In this document: positions 35,429 through 45,384 of the stretch, in pieces | Layout of the letters: each line of letters opens with the position of its first letter | Numbering within the stretch: the stretch's first letter is position 1 | Assembly: GCA_943349945.1 (NCBI GenBank) | Contig: CALQZS010000001.1 | Coordinates: 213,739 to 277,738, forward strand | Origin: Candidatus Nomurabacteria bacterium | Lineage (GTDB): Bacteria; Patescibacteriota; Minisyncoccia; Phycocordibacterales; SBAW01 | Length of the DNA stretch: 64,000 nucleotides | Reading direction: 5' to 3' | Notes under the pieces: model-generated | Databases searched by the model: none | The model's input: the letters and a program-made list of their open reading frames with translations, nothing else | What the model was told of the DNA's origin: nothing | Made by a program: the position numbers and the translations under genes

Positions 35429-35491
35429 GGGCTGGGATAGGGGACTGATACAAAAGAAAAACCTGATGGCAATCTGGAAGAAAGCGCCTGT

Positions 35492-36292
35492 CTACTTAAG
35501 CTCCAAGAGGACAGGGCAGTGGTCGGAGCCCAGGACGTCGGGGAGAATTTTGGCAGCTTTGATGCGGGAAGTGAGGCCGCGGGAGGCAAAGAAGTAGTCG
35601 ATGCGCCAGCCAACGTTGCGCTCGCGCGAGCGGGCAAAGTGGCTCCACCATGTGTAGTGCCCGTTTCCCTTCGTAAAAAGCCGAAACGTGTCGATAAAAC
35701 CTGCTTTAATAATGGCGTCGATACCCTCACGCTCTTCTGCTGTATAGCCATGTTCGCCTTCGTTGGCTTTTGGGTTGGCTAGGTCGTCGGGACCATGGGC
35801 TACGTTTAAATCACCGCAGAAAATAACGGGTTTTTCCTCTTCGAGTCGTTTCATGTATGCCAAAAAGACTGGGTCCCACTGTTTGTGGCGTAGTTTGAGC
35901 CTACTTAGGTCTGGTTTTGCGTTGGGAGTATAGGAGGTGATGACGTAAAAATCATCTAATTCGACCGCAATAACGCGACCTTCTTCGTTTGGATCGCCAT
36001 ATCCATCGTCACTCAAGCCAAACTCCTCGCATAAGTCTTGCGGGAGCCCCAGCTCGACCGAATGCACTACTATATCTTTTTTAACAAAGATGGCCGTGCC
36101 GCTATAGCCTTTGCGCTTGGCCGAGTGCCAATATTCTTCATACTCGGGCAGATCGAGCGCAGCCTGCCCGCGCTCGGCCTTTGTTTCTTGCAAACACAGC
36201 ACGTCGGGCTTGTACTCTGCAACAAACGGCGCAAACAGACCTTTGTTGTGCACTGCGCGTATACCGTTTACGTTCCAGGAGATGAGTTTCAC
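35492..36292 (-). CDS. xth: Exodeoxyribonuclease III / AP endonuclease
   Basis: ISWNVNGIRA, CLQETK, GYSGTA, CGDLNVAH, WRIDY, SDHCP; GTG start 6 nt after TATGAT. Confidence 0.96.
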   Translation of the reverse strand: MKLISWNVNGIRAVHNKGLFAPFVAEYKPDVLCLQETKAERGQAALDLPEYEEYWHSAKRKGYSGTAIFVKKDIVVHSVELGLPQDLCEEFGLSDDGYGDPNEEGRVIAVELDDFYVITSYTPNAKPDLSRLKLRHKQWDPVFLAYMKRLEEEKPVIFCGDLNVAHGPDDLANPKANEGEHGYTAEEREGIDAIIKAGFIDTFRLFTKGNGHYTWWSHFARSRERNVGWRIDYFFASRGLTSRIKAAKILPDVLGSDHCPVLLELK

Positions 36293-36317
36293 ACCCACAT
36301 CATAGCAAATTCGCTGG

Positions 36318-36734
36318 TCATATACCGCGCTCGTCCTCGCGCATCCGCACCTCGTGCTCGTCCATGCCAAAATGGTGCGCAAATTCGTGCCACACGGTGT
36401 CTGCCACCATTTTGCGTACACATTCCTTATATATATCCTCGGATGCACCTGGTGCGTCTTCTGCTGCGGCATCTAGAATAGGGTTTTGAAAGATGGTTAT
36501 GGTGTCGGGTAAGACTGCGCCACCCACGCCATACACGTCCCCGCGCTCGGAGAGGGGGACACCGTGGTAGTAACCAAGCAATGTTTCATGCGGCCCCAAG
36601 CCCTCGCGTGCCCGCACCTCTGCCGATGGTTCGTCTTCCACCAACACCGCCACATTTTTAATCTTTTTCTTTACCCATTCGGGCAGTAAATCGTATCCTT
36701 CTGCTACTAACTGTTCAAATTCCTCGCGCTGCAT
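36318..36734 (-). CDS. Zincin-like metallopeptidase (Zincin_1)
   Basis: LLGYYHGVP, PDTITIF, TVWHEFAHHFG. Confidence 0.9.
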   Translation of the reverse strand: MQREEFEQLVAEGYDLLPEWVKKKIKNVAVLVEDEPSAEVRAREGLGPHETLLGYYHGVPLSERGDVYGVGGAVLPDTITIFQNPILDAAAEDAPGASEDIYKECVRKMVADTVWHEFAHHFGMDEHEVRMREDERGI

Positions 36735-36736
36735 AG

Positions 36737-37657
36737 TTATTTTCGGCGTTTACCATGAAAGGCTTTGTGGACTTCGTGCAAATGCTTGTCGGTGATGTGG
36801 GTGTACACCTGGGTAGTCGCGATGTTGGAGTGGCCAAGGAGTGCCTGCACCGAGCGCAGATCGGCACCGTTTTCCAAAAGGTCAGTTGCAAAGGAGTGGC
36901 GGATGACGTGCGGCGTGACTTTGCGGGTAATGCCCGCCTTGGTGGCATATTTTTTAACCAAACGCTCGACTGAACGGGGAGTGAGCCGCCCGCCTGAGGG
37001 GGATTTTTCTTTGCTTCCTAAATTGCGGCTCATCTGCACAAACAGCGCGTCATCTATGTCGCCTCGTTTGTCTAAGTACTCTTTTATACAGCGCTTGGCA
37101 GCAGGGGAGAGAAAGACCACACGTACTTTTTCGCCCTTTCCGCGCACCGAAAATTCGTCACGAGAGAGATCTAAGTCGCGGTTGAGGCCGCACAGTTCCG
37201 AGACACGCAGACCCGTAGAAAAAAACAGCTCCAGTATCGCCCTGTCGCGCAAGTCGCTGAGCGACGAACCTTTTGGCCCTTCCATCAAACGCTCCAGCTC
37301 GCCCGCGGTAATAAGGTCGAGGTCGCGTGCGCCAACCTTTGCCAATTCGATACGCTCGGGGTTAAGCGACTCGATACCGCGCTTGCGCAAAAACTTCAAA
37401 AACGCGCGCAGCGAGATCATGTAGTAGTTTTGGGTCTTGTGCTTCATTGTGCCACTCGTGCCTGGCTGGCGGTTGAGGTGCAAACGGAATTCGCGCACCG
37501 TGCGCTCATCGAGCTTGGCAGGGGAGGTGAGTTTAGTGTGGGCCAAAAAACGCGAAAGGTAGCGGTCGTAATTTTCGACTGTTTTAATACTGCGACCTTT
37601 CTCTATCTCTAAGTATTCGAGAAATTCGGTTTTGAGGCTTTTAAGGTCCTGTGCCAT
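36737..37657 (-). CDS. XerC/XerD-family tyrosine recombinase
   Basis: TGLRVSEL, GKGEKVR, HVIRHSFATDLL, LGHSNIATTQVYTH; likely start MAQDLK at 37657. Confidence 0.93.
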   Translation of the reverse strand: MAQDLKSLKTEFLEYLEIEKGRSIKTVENYDRYLSRFLAHTKLTSPAKLDERTVREFRLHLNRQPGTSGTMKHKTQNYYMISLRAFLKFLRKRGIESLNPERIELAKVGARDLDLITAGELERLMEGPKGSSLSDLRDRAILELFFSTGLRVSELCGLNRDLDLSRDEFSVRGKGEKVRVVFLSPAAKRCIKEYLDKRGDIDDALFVQMSRNLGSKEKSPSGGRLTPRSVERLVKKYATKAGITRKVTPHVIRHSFATDLLENGADLRSVQALLGHSNIATTQVYTHITDKHLHEVHKAFHGKRRK

Positions 37658-37752
37658 GTGTCGCACAATTTTACCATGCACTAGCCACAAATCATGATTG
37701 CTGCTATTTTGGTCCCAGACGAAATACCTCGTCTTGTAGAAGGGAGGGTAAC

Positions 37753-38337
37753 ATGGCCGAGATTGGTCGAGTCCTATGGGTCTGGTTCTGGTACAACCAG
37801 AGACCCATTCCAAGAACGACAACGAGATGGCTGGCCACAAAACTCCTGCTCTGTATCGCAGGGGTGCTGCTGCAAGTTATGACAGTGACCCTGCCAGACA
37901 CAGCAGCATTGGCTATTTTGGTCGGCACCACAGGGATAGTGACCATCTTGTGGGTAACCAAATGTCTCGATGTAGGTTTCCTCACGTGGACAGTGTTTGC
38001 GCTCTCTGCTGCCGGAATTCTGTGGGTGCGTGCGGACGGTTTCGCGCCCATATTTTCATTGATGCTACTCATGTTTGGCGTCATGATCTTCGACATCACC
38101 GGAGGAAAGGCACACAATGAAGCCGTAGAGCGCCTACCAAAACTCACGTTCAGCAGCAATATCAAAACCCTTGTGCCAGGGCCGGCGCTAACCTGCGTCT
38201 GGCTTTGGTTTGGGGGAAACCTGGACTGGTGGCTTGTAGCCCCGGTAGCAGGGTTTTGGTTCTCGGTGGTCCACATCGCACTGCAAAAATTCTTTGATAC
38301 GCAGGACGCACAAGCTGACCCGCACAGACGCATCTGA
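37753..38337 (+). CDS. Hypothetical multi-pass membrane protein (ORFan)
   Basis: GGAGG SD; ~6 hydrophobic segments; terminator hairpin at ~38358-38385. Confidence 0.7.
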   Translation: MAEIGRVLWVWFWYNQRPIPRTTTRWLATKLLLCIAGVLLQVMTVTLPDTAALAILVGTTGIVTILWVTKCLDVGFLTWTVFALSAAGILWVRADGFAPIFSLMLLMFGVMIFDITGGKAHNEAVERLPKLTFSSNIKTLVPGPALTCVWLWFGGNLDWWLVAPVAGFWFSVVHIALQKFFDTQDAQADPHRRI

Positions 38338-38449
38338 CTGACCAACACAGACTACCAACCGCCTCCTTAATGGGGCGGTCTTTTTATGCCGCAAGGCGTC
38401 CAAGTGCAAAGGGCTTGCAAAATCCAGCAGCCTGTGCTACGATATCTTC

Positions 38450-38716
38450 ATGCTCACTGCAAAGAAAAAAGGCAAAGTTATCAAAGAAGCAGCAATTCAT
38501 GACAAGGACACCGGCTCACCGGAGGTCCAGATTGCCGTGCTCAGCAAGCGCATCGACGAGCTTACGAGCCATTTGAAGAAAAATCTCAAAGACAAGCACT
38601 CGCGCCGCGGACTTTTGCAAATGGTTGCAGACCGCCGCACCCATCTGAAGTACCTAGAGACCCACAACAAAAAGCGCCACAGCGCTATTGTGAAGAAACT
38701 CGGCCTTAAGAAATAA
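38450..38716 (+). CDS. rpsO: 30S ribosomal protein S15
   Basis: DTGSPEVQIA, KDKHSRRGLL. Confidence 0.98.
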   Translation: MLTAKKKGKVIKEAAIHDKDTGSPEVQIAVLSKRIDELTSHLKKNLKDKHSRRGLLQMVADRRTHLKYLETHNKKRHSAIVKKLGLKK

Positions 38717-38848
38717 TTTACTCTTGTAGGGTAGGAGTAGGGCATATTTTTTTTGTTGTATACTTTGTAGTAGGGGCTGTTTTATTTTAATTAATTTTAG
38801 TATGTGCTTTAGACTTACTCTCTAAAGAGTAGGTTGGGCATCAATTTC

Positions 38849-39463
38849 ATGGCAATCATTAAACACAAAAGCCAGCGTGTTGGCATTTTTATAGACACGC
38901 AAAACCTCTATCACAGCGCAAAAAATCTCTATCGTTCGAAAGTAAATTTCGCCAACGTGGTTAAAGAAGCCCTTGCAGGCCGCACTTTGGTGCGCGCCGT
39001 TGCATACGTTATTCGCACCGAGTCAGAAGAAGAGAAGAGTTTCTTTGAGGCGCTCAATAAAAGTGGCATCGAAACCAAGGTAAAAGACATCCGTATTTTT
39101 GCAGGCGGCGCCAAAAAGGCCGACTGGGACATTGGTATGGCAATAGACGCACTGAGTATGGCCGAAAAGCTCGACACTGTTGTGTTGGCTACCGGCGACG
39201 GCGACTTTGTACCACTGGTTGAATATTTAAAGAGCAAAGGCTGCCAGGTGGAGGTTATTGCCTTTGGTAAGTCTGCCGCAGGCGTGTTGCGCGAAGCAAC
39301 AGACGACTTTATAGACATGTGCGACGACCCACGTAACTACTTGATAGGCTACCGTGGCTCTGGCTCGGGGGTGCGTGGCTTTATACCGGGCTTTGCCGCA
39401 TCCAAATCCGACGAGGGGGTGGACGTAGGCCAAGAGGTGTACGAGGACGAGGACGAGAAATAA
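38849..39463 (+). CDS. NYN-domain (LabA/DUF88) protein
   Basis: IFIDTQNL, KADWDIGMAID, TGDGDFVPL. Confidence 0.9.
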   Translation: MAIIKHKSQRVGIFIDTQNLYHSAKNLYRSKVNFANVVKEALAGRTLVRAVAYVIRTESEEEKSFFEALNKSGIETKVKDIRIFAGGAKKADWDIGMAIDALSMAEKLDTVVLATGDGDFVPLVEYLKSKGCQVEVIAFGKSAAGVLREATDDFIDMCDDPRNYLIGYRGSGSGVRGFIPGFAASKSDEGVDVGQEVYEDEDEK

Positions 39464-39520
39464 ACTTGAGAAAATATAGATAAAAAAATCCGCCGGATCC
39501 CATGTGGGTCCGGCGGATTG

Positions 39521-40504
39521 TTAGGCGAAGGCGCGTCGCACTCGTCGTGCAACATACCAACCTAACAAAAAAATCACGAAAAGGGCGAGAGAATACGCTA
39601 CGAAGGGCGGGATGCCCGCGGCATGCAGCACCGTGTTTGCAGCGCTCGCCACCATTTGCGGCTGTGTCACCAAAAGGTACACACCGCCAACAAATAGGCC
39701 GAACTTTACCACAGGTGCGATAACATGCGGTGCAACAAGCGCCGCAAAACTACCCACGCCGTGCGCCGCTGTGGCGACCTTAGCAGACAACCCCACCTTG
39801 GCCACCGTTGCTGTCTTAGCTGCCAAGGCAGCCTTGCCTGCAAGCCCGAGCGTGCCTATGGCGATGACATCAAGCGTCGCCATGCCTGCTTCGCGAAGTG
39901 TTGGTTTTTCTCCGCGCACCAGACGCGATTCGACCACCTGGAGCCCGCTAGTCAGCATCCGTTTGGCGAATGCAGCCACCGAGCTACCAGGGAGCCTGCG
40001 AGCCACACCTGCTTCGTCGATGTCGTACTGTCCAAAGAAGTCATTCTTGGCCAGCAACATCAACTCAATGGCATATGACCCACACTCAAACGGGGTCAGC
40101 GCCTCAGGCTTGGCTGGCATTTCTGCCCGAACGAGCGTTTTCGCTGCCAACGAAAACGCATAACTCGCGTCAAGGTAGCCGTCGCCCTCCGTCAGACACT
40201 TCCAGATGATTGGTACCATCTGGTTGTGCCCAAACTGCCGCAGTGCACGCTGGAACCTTTCGTTGGTCCCATACGCAGCAAAAACAGCAGGCGACATGCT
40301 TGGGTATTGCTCCAGCGCAGCCTCAGCTTGAGTGCCCAGGCCAACATGGCGCATCTCTGCACGTACGACCGCCTCTTCGTAGGAGGTTCGGTCACCGAGC
40401 AGCGCCAACGCAGCACCCAGCAGTACGGCAAGTACTGCTAAAGTGACGAACGGGAAACGCCACCGCTTCTGCTTCGCCAAGGTGAAATTGATTTCCCTTG
40501 CCAT
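39521..40504 (-). CDS. Hypothetical membrane protein
   Basis: AAAGGA SD; N- and C-terminal TM segments; own promoter TTGACG-17-TATAAT at 40533-40561. Confidence 0.72.
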   Translation of the reverse strand: MAREINFTLAKQKRWRFPFVTLAVLAVLLGAALALLGDRTSYEEAVVRAEMRHVGLGTQAEAALEQYPSMSPAVFAAYGTNERFQRALRQFGHNQMVPIIWKCLTEGDGYLDASYAFSLAAKTLVRAEMPAKPEALTPFECGSYAIELMLLAKNDFFGQYDIDEAGVARRLPGSSVAAFAKRMLTSGLQVVESRLVRGEKPTLREAGMATLDVIAIGTLGLAGKAALAAKTATVAKVGLSAKVATAAHGVGSFAALVAPHVIAPVVKFGLFVGGVYLLVTQPQMVASAANTVLHAAGIPPFVAYSLALFVIFLLGWYVARRVRRAFA

Positions 40505-40630
40505 TTCAAAGTCCTTTTTCAGTCCTATTTTAATTATACTATATTATAATATATACGTCAAGTAGTGCTCAGCGGGCTAAAGTGCCTTACAGTTACAGGG
40601 TTATTTATCTACTTATTTGGAAGCTAGGCT

Positions 40631-42865
40631 ATGCAATCAAAAACATTTGAAACAGAGGTAGGAGGCAAGAAAATGGTCGCGGAGTTTACCGACTTGGCCG
40701 AGCAGGCAAGCGGGTCGGTCATATTGCGTTACGGCAACACAGCGGTGTTGGCAACGGCAGTGATGGGCGACAAGAGCCGCGACGACATCGACTACTTTCC
40801 ACTTACCGTTGACTACGAAGAGCGTTTTTATGCCGCAGGGCAAATTTTAGGCAGCCGCTTTGTGCGCCGCGAAGGCCGCCCCAGCGAAGACGCGATATTG
40901 GCCGGCCGCGTTGTTGACCGCACCATACGCCCACTATTTCCCCAACATTTGCGCAATGAGGTGCAGGTGGTTATTACAATTTTGGCACTCGATGAAGAAG
41001 ACCCTGCAGTTGTGGCCGTTAATGCCGCATCACTTGCACTAGCGGTGTCGAACATCCCATGGAACGGGCCCGTTGCCGCAGTGCGGATTGGGAAGTTTGG
41101 TACCTCCGCAGAAAAATCACTTTCTCCAGCTGCGGACACATTCGTCATAAACCCTACCTACGTACAACGCGCATCACTAGAATTTGACCTTTTGGCGTGC
41201 GGCAAAGACGAGACCATTAACATGATAGAGGTTGGCGCAAAAGAAACATCTGAAGCAGTAGTGGCTGCCGGGTTTGCTCGCGCCGCAGAAGAACACACAA
41301 AGTTGATTGCCTGGCAGCAGGAAATTGTGCAGCAAGTGGGTGTTGCAAAACTGTCAGCAGCAGCACCAGAGATCCCACCAGCTTTGACCACGCTGTACGA
41401 AAGTGAGTTTGCACCAAAAATGACCGCCGCAGTGTTTTGTGGGCTCCCTAGCAAAAAAAGTACCTACGTACTCAAGAAAGAATTTTTAAACAGGGTGGGG
41501 GAGAGCGAGGAACTCAGCGCCTACAAAAAACTCGCCGACCAGTTTTTTGAAGAAAAAGTAGACCAAGAGATACATCGCGGTGCTATAGAAGACAATAAAC
41601 GTGCCGACGGACGCGCATTTGACGAAGTGCGGCCGCTCTTTGCTAAAGCCGGGGGAGTGTCGCCCATATTACACGGCTCGGGCATTTTTTATCGTGGTGG
41701 CACACACGTCTTTACAGCACTGACCTTGGGCGGCCCCGGGGACTCGCAGGTAATAGATTCGATGGAAGAGCGCGACGCAGAAAAACGCTTTATGCACCAT
41801 TACAACTTCCCCCCATACTCTTCGGGCGAAACAGGCCGTATGGGCGGGGTCAACCGCCGCGCAGTCGGACATGGCGCACTGGCAGAAAAGGCGCTCGAAG
41901 CGGTTATCCCAAGCAAAGAGATATTCCCGTACACTGTGCGACTAGTGTCTGAATGTTTTGCCAGCAACGGCTCAACCTCTATGGGGTCGGTGTGTGCATC
42001 TACTTTGGCACTTATGGACGGCGGCGTGCCCATTACCGCACCCGTTGCCGGCATCGCTATGGGGCTTATGCTGTCGCCCACCTACACACAAGACAAAAAG
42101 TATAAAGTACTGACTGACATTCAAGGACCAGAGGATAGCCACGGCGACATGGACTTTAAAGTGGCCGGTACAAAAAACGGCATTACCGCTATACAGATGG
42201 ATATCAAACTCGATGGCGTGCCGGTGGATATTTTGACTGAGGCGCTTGAAGGCGCCCGGCTTGCACGACTTCATATTTTGGAGACTCTGCAGCAAGCATT
42301 GGCCGCACCGCGCGCAACCATTAGCCCACGTGCACCAGAAATTGTGACTTTGAAGGTACGTCCCGACCAAATCGGCTTGGTTATTGGCGGCGGCGGCAAA
42401 ACAATCAATGGTGTTAAGGAGGCAAGTGGGGTGAGCGACATCACCATAGATGACGACGGCTCTATCTTTATCACCGGCAAAGGCGGCACCGCAGGGAAAG
42501 CCCGCGAGATGATAGAAGCATTGGTGAAAGAATACAAAGCAGGCGAGCTATATGACGGGGAAGTCACCCGCTTGATGGATTTTGGGGCTTTTGTGCGCAT
42601 TGGCCCAAGCAAGGATGCCGAAGGGTTGGTGCACGTATCAGAAATCGCACCCTTCCGTATTGACTCTATTGCACAAGCGGTCTCGGTCGGAGACAAAGTG
42701 CGGGTTATGATAAAGGAGATAGACGAGAAAGGCCGCATCAACCTCTCGATAAAAGCGGCTGACCCAGAGTTTGCCACGCGCAAAGGTTTGAAACCGTCTA
42801 CCAAAGAAATCAATGGACAAAGAGATAGAAACACCAACAACTCCGGCTACTCCCGCCCCCACTAG
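40631..42865 (+). CDS. pnp: Polyribonucleotide nucleotidyltransferase (PNPase)
   Basis: FPLTVDYEE, RREGRPS, HHYNFPP, SNGSTSMGS, GDMDFKVAGT; KH and S1 domains. Confidence 0.98.
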   Translation: MQSKTFETEVGGKKMVAEFTDLAEQASGSVILRYGNTAVLATAVMGDKSRDDIDYFPLTVDYEERFYAAGQILGSRFVRREGRPSEDAILAGRVVDRTIRPLFPQHLRNEVQVVITILALDEEDPAVVAVNAASLALAVSNIPWNGPVAAVRIGKFGTSAEKSLSPAADTFVINPTYVQRASLEFDLLACGKDETINMIEVGAKETSEAVVAAGFARAAEEHTKLIAWQQEIVQQVGVAKLSAAAPEIPPALTTLYESEFAPKMTAAVFCGLPSKKSTYVLKKEFLNRVGESEELSAYKKLADQFFEEKVDQEIHRGAIEDNKRADGRAFDEVRPLFAKAGGVSPILHGSGIFYRGGTHVFTALTLGGPGDSQVIDSMEERDAEKRFMHHYNFPPYSSGETGRMGGVNRRAVGHGALAEKALEAVIPSKEIFPYTVRLVSECFASNGSTSMGSVCASTLALMDGGVPITAPVAGIAMGLMLSPTYTQDKKYKVLTDIQGPEDSHGDMDFKVAGTKNGITAIQMDIKLDGVPVDILTEALEGARLARLHILETLQQALAAPRATISPRAPEIVTLKVRPDQIGLVIGGGGKTINGVKEASGVSDITIDDDGSIFITGKGGTAGKAREMIEALVKEYKAGELYDGEVTRLMDFGAFVRIGPSKDAEGLVHVSEIAPFRIDSIAQAVSVGDKVRVMIKEIDEKGRINLSIKAADPEFATRKGLKPSTKEINGQRDRNTNNSGYSRPH

Positions 42866-44027
42866 CCCACAAACTCCCCCTCAAAAAAAAGAAGTGGATT
42901 TGGGCGCAATCCTCCTACCTAAAAAAGAAGTACACGACCCCTTAAACGCACCTCGCGCCGAGGCTGGGGTCTTGCTCAAGCAAGAACAAACTGCAGAGCT
43001 CCCTAAAACAGCAGCACCAAAAGCGCCACTGCCACCGCGCAACGACTCTATTGTGCAGCCGCTCGTCACGTATCAGAGCGACATGCAGAAATATATTCAG
43101 CAAAACAACGTCTCCAACGTCACCATAGCTGCCGCCGAAGCAGAGCGCCGTGGCAAAAACCCAGACACGAGGGAAACCCCTGGCCAAACGGGGTCGTTTT
43201 GGTTTCGATTGGGGATGATTTTTTTAGGATCGCTATTGTTGGGCGGCGCTGTGGGACTTGTGGGCTACGTAGTGTACCGCTCGCAAGCGTTGCCTGCCGC
43301 CGTAAATCCACAAGCCCCGGTTATTGCTATAGATGAAGTGCGCATGGTGCCTATTGCCACAACAGACTCCCGCACCACAGCGCTCGACAAGCTTACCCAG
43401 GCCAAAGACGCCGTAGCTCTTTCTCTTGGGCTGGTTGCACAGTTGCAGCCCGTGTCGGCAACCAGCACGCCGCAAACACCCATGAGCGCCCGCACCCTGT
43501 TGCCGATACTTACCCCAGCTATGCCCCAGGAATTGTCGCGTACACTGCTGCCTACGTTTTTGCTTGGCGTGCACGCATTCGACAGAAACCAGCCGTTTTT
43601 GATACTTAAAACTGACTCGTATGAGCAGGCATTCTCTGGCATGCTCGCGTGGGAAAACACCATGCACGATGACTTACTGCCGCTTTTTGCCTACACACCA
43701 AGCGAGCCTATACAGATGGCGCCTGTAGTTACTGCAACCACAACAAACACTGCCACTACCACCGCAGCCACATCAACCTCGGTCTCGACCCACTCGACCA
43801 CTACGCAAATACTCCAACCTGTACAAGCGGTGCTGCCGGGGGCATTTTTGGACAAAATACTCGAAAATCACGACACCCGTGTCCTACAAAACAGCAATGG
43901 CGACATATACTTTTTGTGGACATTTATAGACCGGGGAACCATCCTTATTACCACCAACCCCCACACGCTTAAAGAGGTTATTGTACGCACACACGAGGCG
44001 CCTATAGTGCCCATACCGGGGCAGTAG
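42813..44027 (+). CDS. Hypothetical single-pass membrane protein
   Basis: Pro-rich N-terminus, central TM, GMLAWE motif, Thr-rich linker. Confidence 0.72.
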   Translation: MDKEIETPTTPATPAPTSPQTPPQKKEVDLGAILLPKKEVHDPLNAPRAEAGVLLKQEQTAELPKTAAPKAPLPPRNDSIVQPLVTYQSDMQKYIQQNNVSNVTIAAAEAERRGKNPDTRETPGQTGSFWFRLGMIFLGSLLLGGAVGLVGYVVYRSQALPAAVNPQAPVIAIDEVRMVPIATTDSRTTALDKLTQAKDAVALSLGLVAQLQPVSATSTPQTPMSARTLLPILTPAMPQELSRTLLPTFLLGVHAFDRNQPFLILKTDSYEQAFSGMLAWENTMHDDLLPLFAYTPSEPIQMAPVVTATTTNTATTTAATSTSVSTHSTTTQILQPVQAVLPGAFLDKILENHDTRVLQNSNGDIYFLWTFIDRGTILITTNPHTLKEVIVRTHEAPIVPIPGQ

Positions 44028-44062
44028 GCCAGGCAAAGGAAAAGCGCTATACTCCTTAGTAT

Positions 44063-44443
44063 ATGCATAACGACAAGACAGGTCATTTTAAAAAGCGTTT
44101 GGCAGAAGAATTACAAAAGCTAGAGAATGAGCTACAAACGCTCGGGTGGCAGAACCCTACAACAGGGGACTGGGAAGCAGCTGCCGGAGATATTGACTCG
44201 AGTGCAACTGAGAGTGATGAACTTGCAGACCGTCAAGAGGAATATGGCGAGAATCGTGCAGAAATTGAAGAAATTGAAATCCACTGGCGCAATGTTAAAC
44301 GCGCACTACAAAAAATAGACGAGGGCACGTTTGGTGTATGCGAAATTTCTGGAGATGAAATTGAGGAAGACCGTTTGGAGGTAAACCCATCGGCTCGCAC
44401 CTGCAAAGCGCACATGGAAGAAGAGGGGGAACTCGGGGCGTAA
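44063..44443 (+). CDS. DksA/TraR-family protein
   Basis: Coiled coil, ALQKIDEGTFGVCEISGDEI..RL..NP.ARTC (variant Zn finger). Confidence 0.88.
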   Translation: MHNDKTGHFKKRLAEELQKLENELQTLGWQNPTTGDWEAAAGDIDSSATESDELADRQEEYGENRAEIEEIEIHWRNVKRALQKIDEGTFGVCEISGDEIEEDRLEVNPSARTCKAHMEEEGELGA

Positions 44444-44516
44444 CTACACATTCATATAAAAACTATCCCCGCCATTTGTGGTGGCGAGGATAAGAAGAAT
44501 TTAACGGTAGATATTT

Positions 44517-45260
44517 TTACTGTAGGGACTTAAACCTGCTGGCCTCGTCGTTACTTGTCCAATACGTTGCCCCTGCGGCCAGCGGCATCGATCGCGCCTT
44601 GGCAACTTCGGCAGCATAGAGTCCGTTCGCTGCGGCGCGGCTCTTGCACGTATACACTTGCCGACCCGAAAGGACGAGGACTGGTGGCGCCAGGTCTTCA
44701 GGCCCGCTTCGCTCGACTCTGACACCTCGCCGGTCGTAGTATGTGCCAACAAGTATATTCCAGCTTCCTTGAGCATCCACGCTAGCTAGCCAAGGGCCGC
44801 CTCGAGCGACAACGCCTACCTGCACACGATGACCTTCGGAGAAGGGGTGCGGATGGTCCTTCACCGTCGCGGTTAGTACCGGGTCGAGACGACACGAAGC
44901 GACCATGACTTTGATGCGAGGAGTCGCAGCCGGGCGCGGCGCTGTGACAGCATGGAGCTTCAGCCAATCTTCGGCAGCGGCAAGGCTGTCACACCTCACG
45001 CCGTCGCCTTGCAGATTGATAGCTGTACCTTCGGCTGGGATAGAGTTGCCGAAAGCAATTACCCAGTAGGTGGGGCCTTGATATATGACGGCCGATCTGG
45101 GTTGACTGTCAACCTTGGCCAGATATATCCGACCCTGGGGAACTTCCCCCTGCACCTTGATGATATCGGTCGAGGCAACGCAGGTATCCGCCGCCATCGC
45201 CGGGGCGACGAAAGCAGTCAGCAACACGGCCAAACAGATGGCCATAAACCTTCGGCACAT
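44517..45260 (-). CDS. Secreted hypothetical protein (ORFan)
   Basis: GGAGGA SD; signal peptide ending APAMA-A; GC-rich codon usage. Confidence 0.7.
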   Translation of the reverse strand: MCRRFMAICLAVLLTAFVAPAMAADTCVASTDIIKVQGEVPQGRIYLAKVDSQPRSAVIYQGPTYWVIAFGNSIPAEGTAINLQGDGVRCDSLAAAEDWLKLHAVTAPRPAATPRIKVMVASCRLDPVLTATVKDHPHPFSEGHRVQVGVVARGGPWLASVDAQGSWNILVGTYYDRRGVRVERSGPEDLAPPVLVLSGRQVYTCKSRAAANGLYAAEVAKARSMPLAAGATYWTSNDEASRFKSLQ

Positions 45261-45384
45261 GAGTCTTTCCTCCAAGCACGGGAACGTGCTAATTGTTATT
45301 AAACATTAAATACAAAGGATGTCAATCATCCCTAGGGTGGGGACTATTTTAATAGCAGAACAAATATCGTATACAATAATTGAT

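Noticed and set aside
36737-37657. Prophage or island integrase
   Set aside because: It looks like a housekeeping Xer recombinase among core genes, with no phage genes or flanking att pair.
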